DNA of 64,000 bases from an uncultured Acidobacteriota bacterium (lineage in GTDB: Bacteria; Acidobacteriota; Thermoanaerobaculia; Gp7-AA8): the NCBI GenBank assembly GCA_963741955.1, contig CAVUKB010000005.1:256001-320000 (forward strand), given 5' to 3'. The translations under genes and the position numbers were made by a program. The notes below the pieces were generated by a model. The model did no database searches. It was not told the DNA's origin and saw only the letters and a program-made list of their open reading frames with translations. Below, in pieces: positions 62,970 to 64,000 of the stretch (positions within the stretch are counted from its first letter, which is position 1; the number at the start of each line of letters is the position of its first letter).

Positions 62970-64000
62970 CACTTCGCCACAGCGTCTCGATGAGGTTGAC
63001 CGCGTGGTACGTGAGCATCACCACTCTCTTCGCAGTGCTCTTCGCGGCCGGAATCTACCTGGTCGTCGCGAGCGCGTTGACCCAGCGGACCGACTCCGGG
63101 CTGGTCGAGAGTGCGCACAGGTTTCATCGGTTGCTCATGCAGGAGCACGAGCCGGAGGAATCGTCGGCGGCGCAACTCGACCGTCTGATCGCGACCGAGC
63201 TCCCCGAAATCGATCTCGAAGACGCTCAGGCAGTGCTGAAGCCGGACGGCCGCGTCGTCGCGGAGGCGGCGGATCGTTCGAACCGGTGGATGCTTCCCTA
63301 CCTCGTCGAGGGTACCGGGAGCATCGATGGGAATGCGGATGCGTTCCGCACCGCTGGCCACGGGGAGACGTGGGCGCGCATTCACGCCGATCCGTTCACG
63401 ATCGGCACGCAGGGGTACGTACTCGTGCTCGCACGCTCGATCGAAGATCAGAACGAGCTGCTGCGTGCTCTCCGCACCGGCCTCTGGGTCGGGATTCCGC
63501 TGTGGATCCTCGGCACGGCGGCACTCGGATACTGGCTTCTCCGACGGACCCTCGCGCCGATCGGGAAGATGAGTCGTGAGGTCGCGTCGATCGGGGCGAA
63601 GGATCTCGACCGCCGCCTCCGACTGTTGGACAGCCGCGACGAGTTCGGACAGCTCGGAACGACCTTCAACGCGCTGCTCGATCGCCTCCAGAGCGGGATC
63701 GAGCAGCAGCGGCGATTCATGGCCGATGCTTCACACGAGATGCGCACTCCGGTCGCGGTGGTGCGCGGAGAAGCTGACGTGGCACTCGCCACCGCAGAGT
63801 CGGATCCTCGAAGACTTCAGGATGTCCTGGGAGTGATCGCACGCGAGGCGAACACGCTTTCGAGTGTCGTGGAAGACCTGTTCCTCCTCGCCCGCGCCGA
63901 CGCTGGACAACAGGTCCTCTCGCCTACGAAGTTCTATCTGGACGAGCTGACCGAAAGCGTGGTCCGTTCGCTGCGCTCGCTGGCCGCACAAAAGGGAATC
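62966..64000 (+). CDS. HAMP sensor histidine kinase (CusS/CzcS-like), 3' truncated by window edge
   Basis: GTG start overlaps the regulator stop; two TM helices; HAMP 'DEFGQLGTTFNALLDRL'; H-box 'FMADASHEMRTP'. Confidence 0.88.
   Translation, partial: MTLRHSVSMRLTAWYVSITTLFAVLFAAGIYLVVASALTQRTDSGLVESAHRFHRLLMQEHEPEESSAAQLDRLIATELPEIDLEDAQAVLKPDGRVVAEAADRSNRWMLPYLVEGTGSIDGNADAFRTAGHGETWARIHADPFTIGTQGYVLVLARSIEDQNELLRALRTGLWVGIPLWILGTAALGYWLLRRTLAPIGKMSREVASIGAKDLDRRLRLLDSRDEFGQLGTTFNALLDRLQSGIEQQRRFMADASHEMRTPVAVVRGEADVALATAESDPRRLQDVLGVIAREANTLSSVVEDLFLLARADAGQQVLSPTKFYLDELTESVVRSLRSLAAQKGI

Overview
GC-rich bacterial chromosomal window, probably Acidobacteriota (Thermoanaerobaculia-like; inferred from the VWA/TPR/TonB-receptor gene types, not proven). 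It holds about 50 genes. Housekeeping genes include typA, dinB, mutS, nagZ, an ACP gene, fabF and asnB. There is a CsoR-CopA copper operon with a clear operator, a TonB-dependent receptor, and a class I benzoyl-CoA reductase operon (had-oah-bcrCBAD-SDR-GNAT-TPR-LeuA-like) in which the usual dch slot holds only a 17-codon, doubly coupled mini-ORF. Two non-coding signals stand out. (1) A complete Asn-codon leader-peptide attenuator sits upstream of asnB. (2) A family of ~167-240 bp multi-hairpin, REP/REPIN-like mosaic repeats forms four arrays (22 units, ~5 kb), with compensatory base changes and 15-bp terminal stutters. Also present: two smaller repeat families, several sigma54-type promoter motifs, and two broken signalling genes (a frameshifted GGDEF/EAL gene and a deleted response regulator). 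No rRNA, tRNA, CRISPR array or transposase was seen. All calls are by eye from motifs; no database searches were run.
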